Origin: Bacillota bacterium
GTDB taxonomy: Bacteria > Bacillota > DTU025
Direction of reading: 5' to 3'
Assembly: GCA_028709305.1 (NCBI GenBank)
Contig: JAQVXE010000001.1
Span: forward strand, 7,477-71,476
DNA: 64,000 bases
Notes under the pieces: model-generated
Database searches by the model: none
Told to the model about the DNA's origin: nothing
What the model saw: the letters and a program-made list of their open reading frames with translations, nothing else
Part shown: positions 61,686-64,000 of the stretch, one piece after another
How positions within the stretch are numbered: the stretch's first letter is position 1
How the letters are laid out: every line of letters starts with the position of its first letter
Translations under genes and position numbers: made by a program

Positions 61686-62228
61686 ATGAGGGAGCTTTCA
61701 ATGCACATACTCGACATAGCACAAAACTCCATAGCTGCTGAGGCGCGGCTTATCCAGATCGACGTAGTCGAGGACGCAGCTAATGAGATGATGACCATTA
61801 GCGTAATTGATGACGGGAAAGGAATGTCTGAGGAAGTTGTGCAGATGGTGGCCGATCCCTTTGTCACGTCTCGAACGACGCGCCAGGTCGGGCTGGGGAT
61901 TCCGCTCCTGACTGCGGCGGCCGAAAGATGCGGCGGAGGGGTGGAAATTATCAGCAAGCAGAATGTGGGCACTACGGTAACCGCACAGTTCCAGCTGTCG
62001 CATATAGATCGAGCGCCCCTGGGAAACATGGCAGAAACCCTCCTTGTGTTGGTGGCCTGTAACCCCGACCTGGATTTTGTGTATAATCATGTTCGAGGAG
62101 AAAATTCATTTAGATTCGATACCCGAGAGATTCGGTCGGAGTTGGGCAGTATTCCTCTATCACATCCGGAGGTTGTGACGTTCATTCGCGACTTCGTGGC
62201 AGAGGGTGAAAGGAGGCTGGGGGCGTGA
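61686..62228 (+). CDS. Second GHKL-type ATPase (HATPase_c) protein
   Basis: DDGKGM (G1), GLGIPL (G2) boxes. Confidence 0.65.
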   Translation: MRELSMHILDIAQNSIAAEARLIQIDVVEDAANEMMTISVIDDGKGMSEEVVQMVADPFVTSRTTRQVGLGIPLLTAAAERCGGGVEIISKQNVGTTVTAQFQLSHIDRAPLGNMAETLLVLVACNPDLDFVYNHVRGENSFRFDTREIRSELGSIPLSHPEVVTFIRDFVAEGERRLGA

Positions 62229-62713
62229 GGCAATTCGGTATTGTCCAGCGGGTTCGCGGCAAGTTTGCCGAGGTCCTGGTGAGTCGTCCAGCTGCTTGCA
62301 AGAGCTGTGGAGCATGCCAACTGATGGATAATCGTCCACACACGGTGACTGTGAGAAACGACGCCGGTGCGGACGTCGGCGACACAGTAGCCCTGGAGCT
62401 GCCTGGGAAGGATTTGGTTCGCGCAGTCCTTCTTGCATATGGAGTGCCATTGGTCATGTTCCTGGCCGGGCTGGGCGTGGGGGCGCCCGTGGCTCGGAGC
62501 CTCGGATTGGCGGTCAACCCCTCCATTGCATCAGCCATAGGGGGAGTCGCTTTTCTTTCTGCCGGCTACTACGGAGTGCACCTATACGACCGTTCTCTTG
62601 GAGCGGAAGCCTTTGCTTCTGTTGCTGTAGCTGTTGTGGATGCGGATAACCTTGAGTGCGCATCTAATGTGGCAGGAGTCGCGCGGGCCCGTGAGGCGAG
62701 GGAGACCGAATGA
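62225..62713 (+). CDS. RseC/MucC-family small membrane protein (N-terminal Cys motif CKSCGAC + 2 TM)
   Basis: Motif and topology match SoxR-reducing/RseC family; overlaps flanking genes by 4 nt (operon). Confidence 0.6.
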   Translation: MRQFGIVQRVRGKFAEVLVSRPAACKSCGACQLMDNRPHTVTVRNDAGADVGDTVALELPGKDLVRAVLLAYGVPLVMFLAGLGVGAPVARSLGLAVNPSIASAIGGVAFLSAGYYGVHLYDRSLGAEAFASVAVAVVDADNLECASNVAGVARAREARETE

Positions 62714-63378
62714 AGCAGGATAAGATACCAGATGTAGTAGTAAGGAGGCTTCCACTGTACCTTAGGGCGGTGGAGGATTTCTACCGCAAGGACCAGGCAA
62801 TAGTCTCCTCCAGTCAGCTGGGAGAGTGGACAGGCTTTACTCCGGCGCAGGTCAGGAAGGATCTCGCGTTGTTTGGAGAGTTTGGAAAACAAGGCATCGG
62901 TTACGATGCGAGGTTCTTGCATAACAAGCTGAGGGAGATTCTTGGGTTGACCAGAGATGTTAGTGTGGGCCTTGTTGGCCTTGGAAATCTGGGCCGCGCC
63001 TTGTTGCACCACAATGTCCGCGCCCGCATGGGTACTCCAGGGGTTGAGGGCGATCCAAAGCACTGGGTTCCAGAAACCTTGCGCATTGTCGCAGCCTTTG
63101 ACGTCGACCCCGAAAAAGTGGGCGTCACGTACGCGCAAGTTCCCGTCTATCACGTAGACCAGCTTTTGGGCAAGTCTGCTGAGCTTGGTCTTGAAATCAT
63201 GGTGCTTGCGGTGCCCCCCGACAGCGCTGAGGCAGTTGCGTACGAATGCGTGAAGGCGGGGATCAAAGCTATTCTGAATTTCGCCCCCGTAAATCTTGTG
63301 GTGCCTGACGATGTCAAGGTATATTCGGCAGACCTTACGTTGGAACTGCAAAGCCTTGCGTTTTATACCACCCATTGA
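62710..63378 (+). CDS. rex: Redox-sensing transcriptional repressor Rex
   Basis: N-terminal wHTH (VVRRLPLYLRAVE...SSQLGEWTGFTPAQVRKDL), Rossmann NADH site VGLVGLGNLGRAL. Confidence 0.9.
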   Translation: MKQDKIPDVVVRRLPLYLRAVEDFYRKDQAIVSSSQLGEWTGFTPAQVRKDLALFGEFGKQGIGYDARFLHNKLREILGLTRDVSVGLVGLGNLGRALLHHNVRARMGTPGVEGDPKHWVPETLRIVAAFDVDPEKVGVTYAQVPVYHVDQLLGKSAELGLEIMVLAVPPDSAEAVAYECVKAGIKAILNFAPVNLVVPDDVKVYSADLTLELQSLAFYTTH

Positions 63379-63411
63379 GCTAATTCACCTGGTGGCAGAG
63401 GAGGTCTAGAA

Positions 63412-64000
63412 GTTGTCGACGCGAAAAAAGCAAGCACTGATTCTGGTAATTGCTCTGGCAGCCGTTTGGATTGGAGTATCCGTAATAGCGGGGCAGGAGG
63501 ATTCGGATTACTGTGGATCTTGCCACTCTATGTTGCCATACCATGAATCCTGGAGCCAGAGCAACCATGCGAGCGTTGAGTGTTCGGAATGCCATATTGA
63601 ACCCGGTATTTCAGGATGGATCAAAGCCAGGTTAGATCTGAATCGCATGAAAAAGGCAGAGGCATCCGGGGTGACAGCTCAACCCGACATTGAGGTAGGG
63701 GACGATTTCTGCCTCAAGTGCCACGGAAAGGCTGCGAACATAACGGATACCGAGGCAATGACGATACCTCATTTCCTCCATGGCGAGGTGGGGCTTGACT
63801 GTGCATCATGCCACGGTGGCGAGATTCACGGAAAACACGGTACAACCCCCACGGGCATGACCCATGCCACTTGCATTGAATGTCACGAAGAGATTATTAC
63901 GGATTTGGAGACATGTACGAAGTGTCATAAAACCGATTCGATCATTGAAACTGATGTGATGAGGATTCCTCATCTGCTCCATGGCGACATGGGATTGTCG
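63412..64000 (+). CDS. Multiheme c-type cytochrome (membrane-anchored; at least 6 CxxCH motifs), 3'-partial at window edge
   Basis: TTG start after RBS gaggagg; N-terminal TM; haem sites CGSCH, CSECH, CLKCH, CASCH, CIECH, CTKCH. Confidence 0.7.

Noticed and set aside
63361-63411. Rex operator upstream of the cytochrome gene (TTGAGCTAATTCACC)
   Set aside because: Only a partial, asymmetric match to the TTGTGAA-N4-TTCACAA consensus; not claimed.

Overview
Moderately high-GC (~57%) bacterial chromosome segment with Firmicutes/Clostridia-type synteny: tRNA-His/tRNA-Arg, then tig-clpP-clpX-lonB-lon, then a T-box leader with valS-folC. It has four parts. (1) 850-5950: an envelope module with a MacB/FtsX-type ABC transporter, a small OmpA/OmpW-like beta-barrel protein and three tandem small exported paralogs. 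(2) 6981-22288: a roughly 15 kb degraded genomic island inserted at tRNA-Arg(TCT), bounded by a 50 bp direct repeat of the tRNA 3' half. It carries a group II intron remnant, a Phd/Doc toxin-antitoxin pair, a large caspase-like lipoprotein and nested IS elements (an IS481-like pseudogene, IS4/IS701, IS66 split by one IS21, IS1182 split by a second IS21), with no integrase. (3) 22.5-57.9 kb: housekeeping and metabolic genes, including an M20 amidohydrolase, a GH13 maltodextrin operon with MalEFG-like transporter, a LysM protein, TrkH, tandem CNNM/CorC paralogs, a COG2403-type protein, an EF-G paralog, an Nth-like glycosylase and a SPOR protein. (4) 58.2-64.0 kb, the most interesting part: a sensory [FeFe]-hydrogenase-like (HydS-type) signalling cluster (two DRTGG proteins, two GHKL-ATPase proteins, a HydS-like Fe-S protein, a PHP phosphoesterase and an RseC-like protein) ending in Rex and a multiheme cytochrome c gene. 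Many opposite-strand ORFs in the track are high-GC shadow ORFs and were ignored. All calls are from reading the translated ORFs for motifs and from nucleotide-level folding by eye; no database search was possible.
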